Positions 37,323-46,793 of a stretch of DNA of 64,000 nucleotides are shown here, one piece after another; the stretch's first letter is position 1, and each line of letters begins with the position of its first letter. Made by a program: the position numbers and the translations under genes. Under the pieces are notes generated by a model. The model did not search any database. It saw only the letters and a list, made by a program, of their open reading frames with translations, and had not been told where the DNA came from. The stretch comes from Chitinophagales bacterium (GTDB lineage: Bacteria > Bacteroidota > Bacteroidia > Chitinophagales > Chitinophagaceae), in contig JAIXLB010000027.1 of NCBI GenBank assembly GCA_026931905.1, forward strand, positions 49,937-113,936, given 5' to 3'.

Positions 37323-37656
37323 AAATATATCATCATACAACGATATAAGTGAGCAACAACTGCTCGATTATATCAACAATAAACTTTCACAAAAAGAAAG
37401 AAATGATGTTGAGCTAAAAATGGCTGAAAGTAATTTTGTACATGATGCTATTGAAGGGCTTGGAAATTTTAACAACAAAAAAGATATTGAACAAGTAGTA
37501 CACGAATTAAACCATCACTTACACAAACAAACAGGCATAAAAAAACACAGAAAGCACAGAAGAAAAATGAATGAACAAGGGCTAATTATAGTTGCCATCA
37601 TTGTAATTTTACTACTAATAATGTTTGGGTATTTCGTAATTAAAGAACTTCGTTAA
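37309..37656 (+). CDS. putative anti-sigma factor, tail-anchored
   Basis: Overlaps the sigma-gene stop by 14 nt. The N-terminal helical region (QQLLDYINNKLSQKERNDVELKM) is typical of Bacteroidota anti-sigma N-domains, and a single TM sits at the extreme C-terminus. Confidence 0.55.
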   Translation: MTDHKNISSYNDISEQQLLDYINNKLSQKERNDVELKMAESNFVHDAIEGLGNFNNKKDIEQVVHELNHHLHKQTGIKKHRKHRRKMNEQGLIIVAIIVILLLIMFGYFVIKELR

Positions 37657-37761
37657 CATTAAAGATTTTTTTGAGCATACTGCTTAAAAATAGCTAATAA
37701 AATTCCCTGAAACTCAATCTAAAAAAGAGTTATATAGATTGCGAATGAATTTTTATTTTGA

Positions 37762-38844
37762 TTAGGGTTTGTATTTTGCTTGCTCAAAAATTGTTTTTGA
37801 AGGTGTTTTTAGCAGGTCCAATAAAGTTTTTTCTTTGTTTTTTTTCATCCATTGTTTTACAATTTGCCAACCTGTAAATTGCCCAATAAAACCAGGTGAA
37901 CCATCACCTAATGCAGCAGTTTTGGGTCCATCATTTAAAAACTCCATAATGATAGATGCCTCTGTTTGATACAATAAATTATTGGTAACAAAATAACTCC
38001 AAATGGTTGCTTCGTTTTCGTAACAGCCTTTTAGTTGTTGTTCTGTATAACCAGTTTTTAAAGTATCTGCAGTATAAGGTAAAAAAGCATCTAACAAATA
38101 CAATCTTTTTCCTGCATCTATCATTTGTTCTATTAATGAACTTCCTGTGTTTTTATGAGGATATAAATCATCTATAATAACTTTTAAAACATTGGTTGGT
38201 ATATATGCTTTATCAAATTTTCTGCTGATGAAATAGGGATAAAATTGTTGCATAATTTCATCTTTATACATTGGGTAATTGGTGCCTAAACTTAATTGAA
38301 GCCCTATACCCATTACATCTTCACTTATTCTTATACAACCAGAGCCTCCACTATTATTACTTAGCATAATCATTGCATCCCAAGTGCCAATGTAGGTAAT
38401 TAATTTATGTGGCAATTTATAATCTGGAAAATAATATTTTACAAATTGAAAGCCTTGTTTTATTTCATTTTCAAAAGATGAAAAGTTATCAAACTGCTTT
38501 TCTGCATCAATATAAATTTGATTGTAATCTGCTCTAAAATGTTTTATAGTTTTTATAATACTATCTGGTTGTGGAGCTGCTGCTAAAATGTTGTGAAAAT
38601 AATCAATGGTAAATGTTGGATATTTCTCGTACAAGTGTTGAATACTATTATCAATATCAGTTGTATCCATTGAAAAAAAATCTTTCTCAAACCGTTCTGT
38701 TGTTATATCAAATTTTATGTTAGAAACATTGGGAATTTTCTTATCACTATTGCAACCTGTAATAATTGTTAGAATAATAATTATTAAAAAATATTGTTGA
38801 ACAGATAGTATAAAACCTGGTGTTACTTTTTTAAAAAGTATCAT
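37762..38844 (-). CDS. gldB: gliding motility lipoprotein GldB
   Basis: Lipobox LTIITGC. Matches to GldB as I recall it from F. johnsoniae: ERFEKDFF, VKYYFPDYKLP, GYTEQQLKGCYENEATIWSYF, SPGFIGQFTGWQIVKQWM and a C-terminal IFEQAKYKP. Confidence 0.7.
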   Translation of the reverse strand: MILFKKVTPGFILSVQQYFLIIIILTIITGCNSDKKIPNVSNIKFDITTERFEKDFFSMDTTDIDNSIQHLYEKYPTFTIDYFHNILAAAPQPDSIIKTIKHFRADYNQIYIDAEKQFDNFSSFENEIKQGFQFVKYYFPDYKLPHKLITYIGTWDAMIMLSNNSGGSGCIRISEDVMGIGLQLSLGTNYPMYKDEIMQQFYPYFISRKFDKAYIPTNVLKVIIDDLYPHKNTGSSLIEQMIDAGKRLYLLDAFLPYTADTLKTGYTEQQLKGCYENEATIWSYFVTNNLLYQTEASIIMEFLNDGPKTAALGDGSPGFIGQFTGWQIVKQWMKKNKEKTLLDLLKTPSKTIFEQAKYKP

Positions 38845-38873
38845 TTTGCTTTTATTTTTTAAATCTATGAAAA

Positions 38874-41159
38874 TTAATTGCCATACACACTTAAAAACTT
38901 AATACGCATTATTTTAAGTTGTTCAAAAGTATAATCGTATTCTGCTAATTCTTTTTGAGCAATTTCTAAAGAAGATGTTTCGCAGCTTTTAAAATATTCT
39001 AAAATTTCTTCTTGATCTACTTCGTCCAGCCAATCATCAATAGCATAATCTAAATTAAGCTTTGTGCCACTTGCAGCAATGGTTTCCATTTCTTCCAACA
39101 ATTCATTTAGTGTAAGCCCTTTAATGCTTGCAATGGTTTCTATGGGTATTTTTTTATCTACATTTTGAATGATGAAAATTTTATTACTGCTTTTGTTGGC
39201 AACACTTTTCATTACAAAATCATCGGGCTTTTCTATTTCATTTTCCTCTACATATTTTGCTATTAAATCTACAAATGGTCGTCCATATTTTAAAGCTTTG
39301 CCTTTACTTACCCCTTGACATTTTTCTAATTCATCTAAAGTTGTAGGGTACAATGTACTCATATCGTTCAATGAGTTTTCTAAGAAAATTACAAAGGGTG
39401 GCAGGCTTTTTTTCTTAGCTTCTTTTTGCCTTAAATCTTTTAGCATTTCCAATAAAGTATCATCAGCAGAGGCTGCCCCAGCTTCTCCTTCAATTTCTAC
39501 ATCTTCATCGTCATCATCTGCATCATGAAAAATGCTGTTTAATACAATATTAAATGGAGCAGGTTTTTTCAACCACTTCAATCCTTTTTCAGTAAATTTT
39601 AATAGCCCATATTCTTCAATATCTTTTTTAATAAGATCTTCTAAAATCATTTGTCTTATAAGGCTATTCCAAAATAGAGCATCTTTATCTTTACCAATTC
39701 CAAACACTGGAGATTTATCGTGTCTAAACATAGAAATTTGAGGAGTAAGCCTTCCCATAATAACGTCAATGGCATAATCTGCAACAAACCTTTCATCTAA
39801 AGCTTTAATAACTTCCATAACTTTTACAACTTCGTCCTTAGCTTCAATTTTTTCTTTAGGATGTTTACAGTTATCACAATTACCACATTTTCTATCGCCC
39901 CAATCTTCACCAAAATAGTGTAATAAAATTTTTCTTCTGCATACACTGCTTTCAGCAAATGCTACAGTTTCATTAATTAATTGTGTACCAACTTCTCTTT
40001 CACTCAAAGGTTTATCTCTCATTAAATGTTCTAACTTGGCTACATCTTTATGAGCGTAATATAAAACACAAATTCCTTCTAAACCATCACGCCCTGCACG
40101 ACCTGTTTCTTGATAATAATTTTCAATAGATTTTGGAATATTAAAGTGTATTACAAAACGAATATCTGGTTTATCAATTCCCATACCAAATGCTATAGTT
40201 GCTACAATTACTTGTACATCTTCATTTAAAAATTGGTCTTGACGTTTGGCTCTTAATTTTTGATCTAAACCTGCATGATAAGCAACTGCTTTAATATTAT
40301 TGGCTACTAAAATATCAGCCAATTCTTCAGTTGTTTTTCTATTCAATGTGTAAATAATACCACTTTTCCCTTTGTGCTGTGTTATGAATTTTACAATATG
40401 TTTTATGGTTTGTTCTTTCTTAATTTTGGGTTGTATTTCGTAATACAAATTTGTTCTGTTGAACGATGAAATATAAATTTTAGGATTACGAAGTCCTAAG
40501 TTTTTTTCAATATCGCTTTGTACTTTTGGAGTTGCAGTAGCCGTTAATGCAATTACAGGAATATTAGGATTGATAACATCCATCATGTCTCTTAATCTTC
40601 TGTATTCAGGTCTAAAATCGTGCCCCCATTCGCTAATACAATGAGCTTCATCTACAGCAAAAAACGAAATAGAAAGGTCGCTGAAAAAATCTAAATTTTC
40701 TTCTTTAGTTAAAGTTTCAGGAGCCACATATAAGAGTTTTGTTTTACCTGCCAACAAATCATCTTTTACAATTTTTATTTGCCCCTTGTTTAAAGATGAG
40801 TTTAAAAAGTGAGCAACATCATCTTGTTCGCTATAACCTCTTACCAAATCTACTTGGTTTTTCATTAATGCAATTAATGGCGAAACAATGATAGCACAAC
40901 CAGGCATAAGCATTGCTGGCAATTGGTAACACAAACTTTTGCCACCACCTGTAGGCATAATTACAAAAGTGTCGTAGCCAGACATTAAACTATTTATTGC
41001 TTGCTCTTGCGTTCCTTTAAATTCTGTAAAACCAAAATATTTTTGTAACCCTTCGTGAAGATTATATTGGTGTTGCACTTTAGGAACTGTATCTAATTTT
41101 TTTACAGACCTTTTGGTTATTGGTTTTTTTGCAGTTGCTTTTTTATTTGATGTAGCCAT
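38874..41159 (-). CDS. recQ: ATP-dependent DNA helicase RecQ
   Basis: Motif [30 protein letters not shown], a Zn-binding Cys cluster (CRRK...CGNCDNC) and RQC plus C-terminal HRDC-like regions; 761 aa. Confidence 0.93.
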   Translation of the reverse strand: MATSNKKATAKKPITKRSVKKLDTVPKVQHQYNLHEGLQKYFGFTEFKGTQEQAINSLMSGYDTFVIMPTGGGKSLCYQLPAMLMPGCAIIVSPLIALMKNQVDLVRGYSEQDDVAHFLNSSLNKGQIKIVKDDLLAGKTKLLYVAPETLTKEENLDFFSDLSISFFAVDEAHCISEWGHDFRPEYRRLRDMMDVINPNIPVIALTATATPKVQSDIEKNLGLRNPKIYISSFNRTNLYYEIQPKIKKEQTIKHIVKFITQHKGKSGIIYTLNRKTTEELADILVANNIKAVAYHAGLDQKLRAKRQDQFLNEDVQVIVATIAFGMGIDKPDIRFVIHFNIPKSIENYYQETGRAGRDGLEGICVLYYAHKDVAKLEHLMRDKPLSEREVGTQLINETVAFAESSVCRRKILLHYFGEDWGDRKCGNCDNCKHPKEKIEAKDEVVKVMEVIKALDERFVADYAIDVIMGRLTPQISMFRHDKSPVFGIGKDKDALFWNSLIRQMILEDLIKKDIEEYGLLKFTEKGLKWLKKPAPFNIVLNSIFHDADDDDEDVEIEGEAGAASADDTLLEMLKDLRQKEAKKKSLPPFVIFLENSLNDMSTLYPTTLDELEKCQGVSKGKALKYGRPFVDLIAKYVEENEIEKPDDFVMKSVANKSSNKIFIIQNVDKKIPIETIASIKGLTLNELLEEMETIAASGTKLNLDYAIDDWLDEVDQEEILEYFKSCETSSLEIAQKELAEYDYTFEQLKIMRIKFLSVYGN

Positions 41160-41320
41160 AACTAATACTTTTCCTCTTGTTCCATTTTATATTTAAAGCT
41201 AAAAGATACTGAATATTATGAACATAAAGTCTAAATTAGAAAATAATTTTTTAAAAGGGTAGCGAAGTTAATGTTTTAAGCTATTCAATTATTGTAGTAA
41301 AGTTGTTAAACATAGATTAT

Positions 41321-41328
41321 TACTTTTG
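41321..41328 (+). promoter_or_regulatory. -7 box TACTTTTG immediately upstream of kpsF
   Basis: The box ends 6 nt before the ATG at 41335, and the TTG start of the ORF track lies inside the box. Confidence 0.45.
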
Positions 41329-41334
41329 CCGAAT

Positions 41335-42300
41335 ATGACAGTATCATCAATTACTAATATTGCACTTGAAACTATTGCTTTAGAGGCTGCTTCAGTTCAA
41401 GGATTAATGAATTTCATAAATAATGATTTTGAAAAAGCTGTAAATAGTATTCATCAATCCAAAGGAAGAGTGGTTATTACAGGAATTGGTAAAAGTGCTA
41501 TTGTGGCTCAAAAAATTGTTGCTACATTCAACTCTACTGGCACACCATCATTATTTATGCATGCTGCAGATGCTATTCATGGCGATTTGGGCATGGTGCA
41601 AAAAGACGATGTTGTAATTATTATAAGTAAAAGTGGCGAAAGCCCTGAAATAAAAGTGCTGGTTCCGCTGATTAAAAATTTTGGCAACACATTAATTGCT
41701 ATTGTAGGTAATGTAGAAAGTTTTTTGGCAACACAAAGTGATATTATTTTAAACACAACTGTAAGCAAAGAAGCTTGCCCCAATAATCTTGCACCAACCA
41801 GTAGCACAACTGTTCAAATGGTAATGGGAGATGCTTTAGCAGTAGTATTAATGAACCTGAATGGCTTTACAGGAAAGGATTTTGCCAAATATCATCCAGG
41901 AGGAAATTTAGGAAAAAGATTGTATTTAAGAGTAGATGATTTATATAAAACCCATGAAAAGCCTTTGGTAAAGGAAGAGGCAAATTTGAAAGAAGTAATT
42001 TTAGAAATTACTCAAAAAAGATTAGGTGCCACAGCAGTAATTGATGAAAAAAATAATTTAACAGGCATTATTACTGATGGAGATTTAAGAAGAATGTTGG
42101 AAAAAAATGAACAATTTATGCAGCTTACTGCAAAAGCTATAGCAACCCAAAATCCTAAAACAATTTCTCCAGATACTATGGCAGTTCACGCATTGGAAAT
42201 TTTTAGAAAGTATGACATCAGTCATCTTTTAGTAACAGAAAACAACCAATATTTGGGCATTGTACATTTACACGATTTAGTAAGAGAAGGTATTGTATAA
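41335..42300 (+). CDS. kpsF: KpsF/GutQ-family arabinose-5-phosphate isomerase (SIS + CBS pair)
   Basis: SIS motif VVITGIGKSAIVAQK, ISKSGES, and two C-terminal CBS repeats. Confidence 0.88.
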   Translation: MTVSSITNIALETIALEAASVQGLMNFINNDFEKAVNSIHQSKGRVVITGIGKSAIVAQKIVATFNSTGTPSLFMHAADAIHGDLGMVQKDDVVIIISKSGESPEIKVLVPLIKNFGNTLIAIVGNVESFLATQSDIILNTTVSKEACPNNLAPTSSTTVQMVMGDALAVVLMNLNGFTGKDFAKYHPGGNLGKRLYLRVDDLYKTHEKPLVKEEANLKEVILEITQKRLGATAVIDEKNNLTGIITDGDLRRMLEKNEQFMQLTAKAIATQNPKTISPDTMAVHALEIFRKYDISHLLVTENNQYLGIVHLHDLVREGIV

Positions 42301-42339
42301 AAATATATACGTTATTTACAATCAGAATTGAAGAATACT

Positions 42340-43422
42340 ATGAATAAAAATTATTATGTAGCTATAATGGCTGGTGGCATTGGCAGCAGATTTTGGCCTA
42401 AAAGCAGAACCGCATTGCCTAAACAGTTTTTAGATATTTTAAATACTGGCAAAACCTTAATTCAATGGACTTTTGAAAGATTTGCTTCATTTATACCCGA
42501 AGAAAATATTTATGTTGTAACCTCAGAAGAATATTCTGATATTGTAGCAGTGCAATTACCCAAAATTAAAAAAGAAAATATTATAGCAGAACCCAGCAGA
42601 AAAAATACTGCTCCTTGCATAGCTTATATTTCTTACAAATTAATTCTACAAAACCCTAATGCTGCACTCATTGTAGCTCCAAGCGATCATATTATTTTAG
42701 ATGAAGAAACTTTTAAAAATACTGCTTTAAAGGCATTAGATTTTGTTACACATATTAAAGCTATAGTTACCTTAGGAATTACACCAACTTATCCAAATAC
42801 AGGCTACGGCTATATTCAGCACGAAACAATAGAAGTTGCTGATGGAATTAATAAAGTAAAAACATTTACAGAAAAACCTGATTTTGAATTAGCCAAAACC
42901 TTTTTACTCAGTGGCGATTTTTTATGGAATGCTGGCATTTTTGTTTGGCAAGTAAAAACTATTTTAAAAGCTTTTGAACAGTTTCAACCAGAAATGTATG
43001 AACTGTTTGATAATGAAAAACAGCATTATAATACCAATAAAGAAAAAGAAGCTATTCATAAAATTTACCCATTATGTACCAACATTTCTATAGATTTTGC
43101 CATTATGGAAAAAGCAGATAATGTGTATGTAATGCCTTCTTCATTTGGTTGGAGCGATTTAGGAACTTGGAACAGTGCTTACGAAAATTTAGAAAAAGAT
43201 TATTTGGCAAATGCCGTTGCTGGAGAAAATGTAATTGTTATAGATACTACAAAATGTATGATAAGTGCCCCTGATGATAAATTAGTGGTGCTACAAGGTT
43301 TAGATGATTGTATTGTTGTAGATACTAAAGACGTTTTATTAATTTGTAAAAAAGATAAAGAACAAGAAATTAAAGAGTATGTAGCTGAGGTAAAAAGATT
43401 AAAAGGCGATGCTTATTTATAG
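42340..43422 (+). CDS. mannose-1-phosphate guanylyltransferase
   Basis: N-terminal nucleotidyltransferase motif AIMAGGIGSRFWPKSR and LIVAPSDH; about 360 aa. The ATG at 42340 is preferred over the TTG at 42328. Confidence 0.85.
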   Translation: MNKNYYVAIMAGGIGSRFWPKSRTALPKQFLDILNTGKTLIQWTFERFASFIPEENIYVVTSEEYSDIVAVQLPKIKKENIIAEPSRKNTAPCIAYISYKLILQNPNAALIVAPSDHIILDEETFKNTALKALDFVTHIKAIVTLGITPTYPNTGYGYIQHETIEVADGINKVKTFTEKPDFELAKTFLLSGDFLWNAGIFVWQVKTILKAFEQFQPEMYELFDNEKQHYNTNKEKEAIHKIYPLCTNISIDFAIMEKADNVYVMPSSFGWSDLGTWNSAYENLEKDYLANAVAGENVIVIDTTKCMISAPDDKLVVLQGLDDCIVVDTKDVLLICKKDKEQEIKEYVAEVKRLKGDAYL

Positions 43423-43982
43423 TAACCATTTCTTTCAATTTCTAAACGAACAGTTTCTGGCATCATATACAATACACTTCTTTTTTCCTTAATTCTTTTA
43501 CGAATTTCTGTAGAAGACAAATCAAATAAAGGAGCATCTAATACATGAAAATTGGGAGGTAAAGGTTGCTCAATAGCTGCTCCGGCTCTTTTATAAATAA
43601 TAAAATGATAAGTAGAAGAAAGTACATCGTAGTTTTTCCACTTAGGTAAATTTTCATAACTATCGCTGCCAATAATAATGTAAAATTTGTGTGCAGGATA
43701 TTTTTCAGTTAAATAAATTAATGTATCAATAGTGTAAGAAGGCTTGGGCAATCTAAACTCAATATCTACCGCTTTAAATCTATTATCATTTTCTATTGCA
43801 AGGTTTACTAAAAACAACCTATTGTATTCATTTAATAAAGTATGAGAGGGTTTTAAAGGATTTTGTGGCGATACTACAAACCAAATTTTATCTACCAAAC
43901 CACTCTCTGCTACATTACTTGCAATTAATAAATGTGCATTATGAATAGGATTAAAAGAACCAAAGTACAAACCAATATTCAT
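43413..43982 (-). CDS. nadD: nicotinate-nucleotide adenylyltransferase
   Basis: GSFNPIHNAHL (HxGH-type) and SSTEIR motifs; 189 aa. Confidence 0.88.
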   Translation of the reverse strand: MNIGLYFGSFNPIHNAHLLIASNVAESGLVDKIWFVVSPQNPLKPSHTLLNEYNRLFLVNLAIENDNRFKAVDIEFRLPKPSYTIDTLIYLTEKYPAHKFYIIIGSDSYENLPKWKNYDVLSSTYHFIIYKRAGAAIEQPLPPNFHVLDAPLFDLSSTEIRKRIKEKRSVLYMMPETVRLEIERNGYYK

Positions 43983-44028
43983 GCAATAGTTTTAAAGTTT
44001 CAATTTCTTTTTTTAGATTGAAATTGTT

Positions 44029-44262
44029 TTAAGTAGTAATTATTTCTTCTACAAAAATTTCTTCTGCTTCACTTAATCTTAAACTTAAAGAATAGCCTGC
44101 AACACTTATAGATATAGGGTCTCCAAGTGGTGCAATTTGTTCTACAATAACAACTTCACCAGGAATACAACCCATTTCCATTAGTTTTATATACAAATCA
44201 TTTTGTTCAAAAGAATGAATGGTAGCCTTTTTTCCAATCTTTAACTCACTTAATTTTTTCAT
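44029..44262 (-). CDS. feoA: FeoA-domain protein (stand-alone)
   Basis: 77-aa SH3-like FeoA pattern: L.ELKIGKKATIHSF......KLMEMG.IPG..V.V....PLGDPI.I.V.GY.LSLR..EA..I.V. Confidence 0.75.
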   Translation of the reverse strand: MKKLSELKIGKKATIHSFEQNDLYIKLMEMGCIPGEVVIVEQIAPLGDPISISVAGYSLSLRLSEAEEIFVEEIITT

Positions 44263-44280
44263 GTAAATATTTTACAGGTT

Positions 44281-44288
44281 CAAAGGTA
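44281..44288 (-). promoter_or_regulatory. -7 box TACCTTTG (minus strand) for feoA
   Basis: Plus strand CAAAGGTA, 18 nt upstream of the feoA ATG. Confidence 0.4.
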
Positions 44289-44340
44289 TATAAATTACTG
44301 TTTAAAGTATATTTCAATGATTGTTAAAAACAAAGCAATG

Positions 44341-45129
44341 CTATTCTATTTTAAAAGAATCGGCATCTGCTAAAAAAGGAAATTTATTTCTTATTTCTTG
44401 CAACTCATTTTTTTGAAGTGTAATTGTAAAAACATCTTCTTCGTTTTCTTTATGGTACAAAATTTCGCCCAAAGCATTTATTACCATACTATCGCCACTA
44501 TGATAAATTTTGTTTCCATCATCACCAATTCTGTTCACTCCTATTACATAGCATTGGTTTTCTATCGCTCTTGCAGTAAGCAATGTTTTCCAGGCATAAC
44601 TTCTTCTTTGAGGCCAGTTGGCAACATAAATTAATACATCGTACTCTGCAGTATTATTGTTCATTGTTTGCCTTGCCCAAACAGGAAAACGTAAATCATA
44701 ACAAATTTGTACATTAATTTTCCAACCATTAACACTTGCAATTAATCTTTTATTTCCGGCAGTATAATGTTCATTTTCTTTTGCAAAAGCAAAGCAATGT
44801 CTTTTGTCATAATAACCAAATTGTTTGTTGGGCAACATCCAAATTAAGCGATTGTAATAATTACCATTTTCTTCAATCATCAAACTGCCAGTGAGTATAG
44901 TTTTTTTTTCAAAAGCTATTTTTTGCATCCACTGCAAAGTAGAGCCATTCATGCTTTCAGCAAATTGTTCAGGTTGCATACTAAAGCCAGTGCTAAACAT
45001 TTCTGGCAATACAACTACCTCTGTTTTGGGTTGAATATTATTTATTTTTTCTTCCAGCATTTGAATGTTGGCTGCTTTATTTTCCCAAAACAAATTGGTT
45101 TGAATTAAAGTAAATGTTAGTGTATTCAT
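44341..45129 (-). CDS. nitrilase-superfamily amidohydrolase (omega-amidase YafV-like)
   Basis: Glu-Lys-Cys triad contexts VVLPEMF, YDKRH and VQICYDLRFP; 262 aa. Confidence 0.85.
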   Translation of the reverse strand: MNTLTFTLIQTNLFWENKAANIQMLEEKINNIQPKTEVVVLPEMFSTGFSMQPEQFAESMNGSTLQWMQKIAFEKKTILTGSLMIEENGNYYNRLIWMLPNKQFGYYDKRHCFAFAKENEHYTAGNKRLIASVNGWKINVQICYDLRFPVWARQTMNNNTAEYDVLIYVANWPQRRSYAWKTLLTARAIENQCYVIGVNRIGDDGNKIYHSGDSMVINALGEILYHKENEEDVFTITLQKNELQEIRNKFPFLADADSFKIE

Positions 45130-45152
45130 GCTAAAAAATTTAGAGCTTACAA

Positions 45153-46127
45153 TTAATACCTGTATGCAAAATGTAAACCTGCATAGTTATGATTTCGTAG
45201 TTGAGTTGTAGCTTCTTTTGTTTGAAAAATTATTTCAAGTTTTGTTGTCCATCTTTTTTTTGCAAAAGCAATACCCACTGTTTGTTGATACATCAATGTT
45301 TTTACATCTGCAATAAAAACTTCAGGATTGGTTTCTTTTTTAAAAATATTTCCTTGCACTGTTGTATTATATCCTTGAAAAATTATTTGAGGATAAAAAT
45401 AAACAAACAATTCTTGCTTATGCTTGGGTGCTTTATTTTGTTTGTCTATAGCTGCATTAAACAAAACACTGTTTTCATTTTCTTCAAAAGCACCTAAACA
45501 AAAATAAGCTCCAACATTGGCATCTATAAAAAATGTTCCTGCATTTGCATTTGCAACAGGCACTATTTTAAAAATACTGTTTTTATTTTTATTCAAGTTC
45601 AGTGTAGTTGCATATTTTATACCAACATTCAAGCCAATTTCGTTTGGAATTTGTTTTTCCCAATAAGGATAATTAAACAACTGTAATTTTTTATGATACC
45701 ATTCTTGTAATTGGCGAGCTAAAGACAAATCTCCAGTAACACCCAACTCTGCATAAGTGCTTAATAAAGTAGAAGCATTTATAAATTTATCGTTGGTAAA
45801 TCGTGCAAATAAATAACCACAATAAGGTCTATCAAATGGTTCTAACCAAGCCCAAACTGCTCTTCTATTGCCAACAGTAAACATTTTTTGTCCTAATGAA
45901 AATCTTTGAATAACTTTTTTTTCATTTTTCTGAAATGCTTTGCTGTATTGAATAAAAAAGCCATTGGTGTAATAACCATCTTTATAATTTAATAAATAAA
46001 AATCATTTTCATTGGTAAATAAAATTTCCTGCGTATATTTTTTTGATGTTTGTGCTATTGATTTAAATTGATGAAAAACAAACAACAGCAAAACAATATA
46101 TTGTACCAATATTTTAGTTCGTTTCAA
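45153..46127 (-). CDS. outer-membrane beta-barrel protein, LpxR (lipid A deacylase, DUF2219)-like
   Basis: Signal peptide, an NENDFY...DGYYTNG motif near the N-terminus, alternating beta-strand pattern and a terminal aromatic (FAYRY). Confidence 0.45.
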   Translation of the reverse strand: MKRTKILVQYIVLLLFVFHQFKSIAQTSKKYTQEILFTNENDFYLLNYKDGYYTNGFFIQYSKAFQKNEKKVIQRFSLGQKMFTVGNRRAVWAWLEPFDRPYCGYLFARFTNDKFINASTLLSTYAELGVTGDLSLARQLQEWYHKKLQLFNYPYWEKQIPNEIGLNVGIKYATTLNLNKNKNSIFKIVPVANANAGTFFIDANVGAYFCLGAFEENENSVLFNAAIDKQNKAPKHKQELFVYFYPQIIFQGYNTTVQGNIFKKETNPEVFIADVKTLMYQQTVGIAFAKKRWTTKLEIIFQTKEATTQLRNHNYAGLHFAYRY

Positions 46128-46134
46128 GCGTTCT

Positions 46135-46629
46135 TTAGTTTGAATTATTTTTAGAAATAATGAAAGTAATAATGTTTTGAATATACTTATGCTCGTATCC
46201 TTTTTGAAGCAAATAACGAGTAGTTTTTACTTTTTTACTCATGTAATGTTCGGTTTTTAAACTATTCCATTTTATTGTTGCTAATTTTGAAAGTGTTTTT
46301 AAATAATCATCTTCCTGTATTGTATTTAAAGCATGTTGAATATTTCTTGCACTTACTTTTTTAAGTTTTAACTCATGTTGAATTTTTATTTTACCCCATT
46401 TTTTCATTCTAAATTTTCCACCAGCAAATTGTTCTGCAAATCTTTCTTCATTTAAAAAATTGGTTTCAATAAGTGTGGCAAGCAAATCTTCCACTTCATT
46501 CTTTTTTAAACCATAACTATATAATTTTTCTTTTACTTCATAATGTGTTCTCTCCTGATAACTACAATAATGTTGTATTTTTTGTAATGCTTGTTTGGGA
46601 GTAAAAAATTTTTGTTGAAAGTTGCCCAT
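46135..46629 (-). CDS. recX: RecX-family regulatory protein
   Basis: 164 aa of three-helix repeats with the RecX-like pattern A....YCSYQER...EV..KL...G.......L..L.E..FLNEERFA..FA. Confidence 0.72.
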   Translation of the reverse strand: MGNFQQKFFTPKQALQKIQHYCSYQERTHYEVKEKLYSYGLKKNEVEDLLATLIETNFLNEERFAEQFAGGKFRMKKWGKIKIQHELKLKKVSARNIQHALNTIQEDDYLKTLSKLATIKWNSLKTEHYMSKKVKTTRYLLQKGYEHKYIQNIITFIISKNNSN

Positions 46630-46752
46630 ATTGCTTACAAATTAACAACTGTATTTTATAATATTCACATTAGCAGCCCAATCATGTGCATAAAACATAA
46701 GCACTATTATTTTTTAAGCGTTAAAAATTAATCATTTTACAGTAGGTTTGCT

Positions 46753-46760
46753 GCAAGGCA
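46753..46760 (+). promoter_or_regulatory. -7 box TAGGTTTG upstream of dnaN
   Basis: TAnnTTTG match 33 nt upstream of the ATG at 46794. Confidence 0.35.
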
Positions 46761-46793
46761 AAAAGCCCAATTGAAATCACAAAAAAATAATTT

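Noticed and set aside
46630-46793. Possible oriC near dnaN or parAB.
   Set aside because: I saw no cluster of DnaA boxes (TTATCCACA). There are only isolated 7-8/9 matches, for example TTATCCCCA near 19747 and ATATTCACA near 46660. dnaA is absent from the window.
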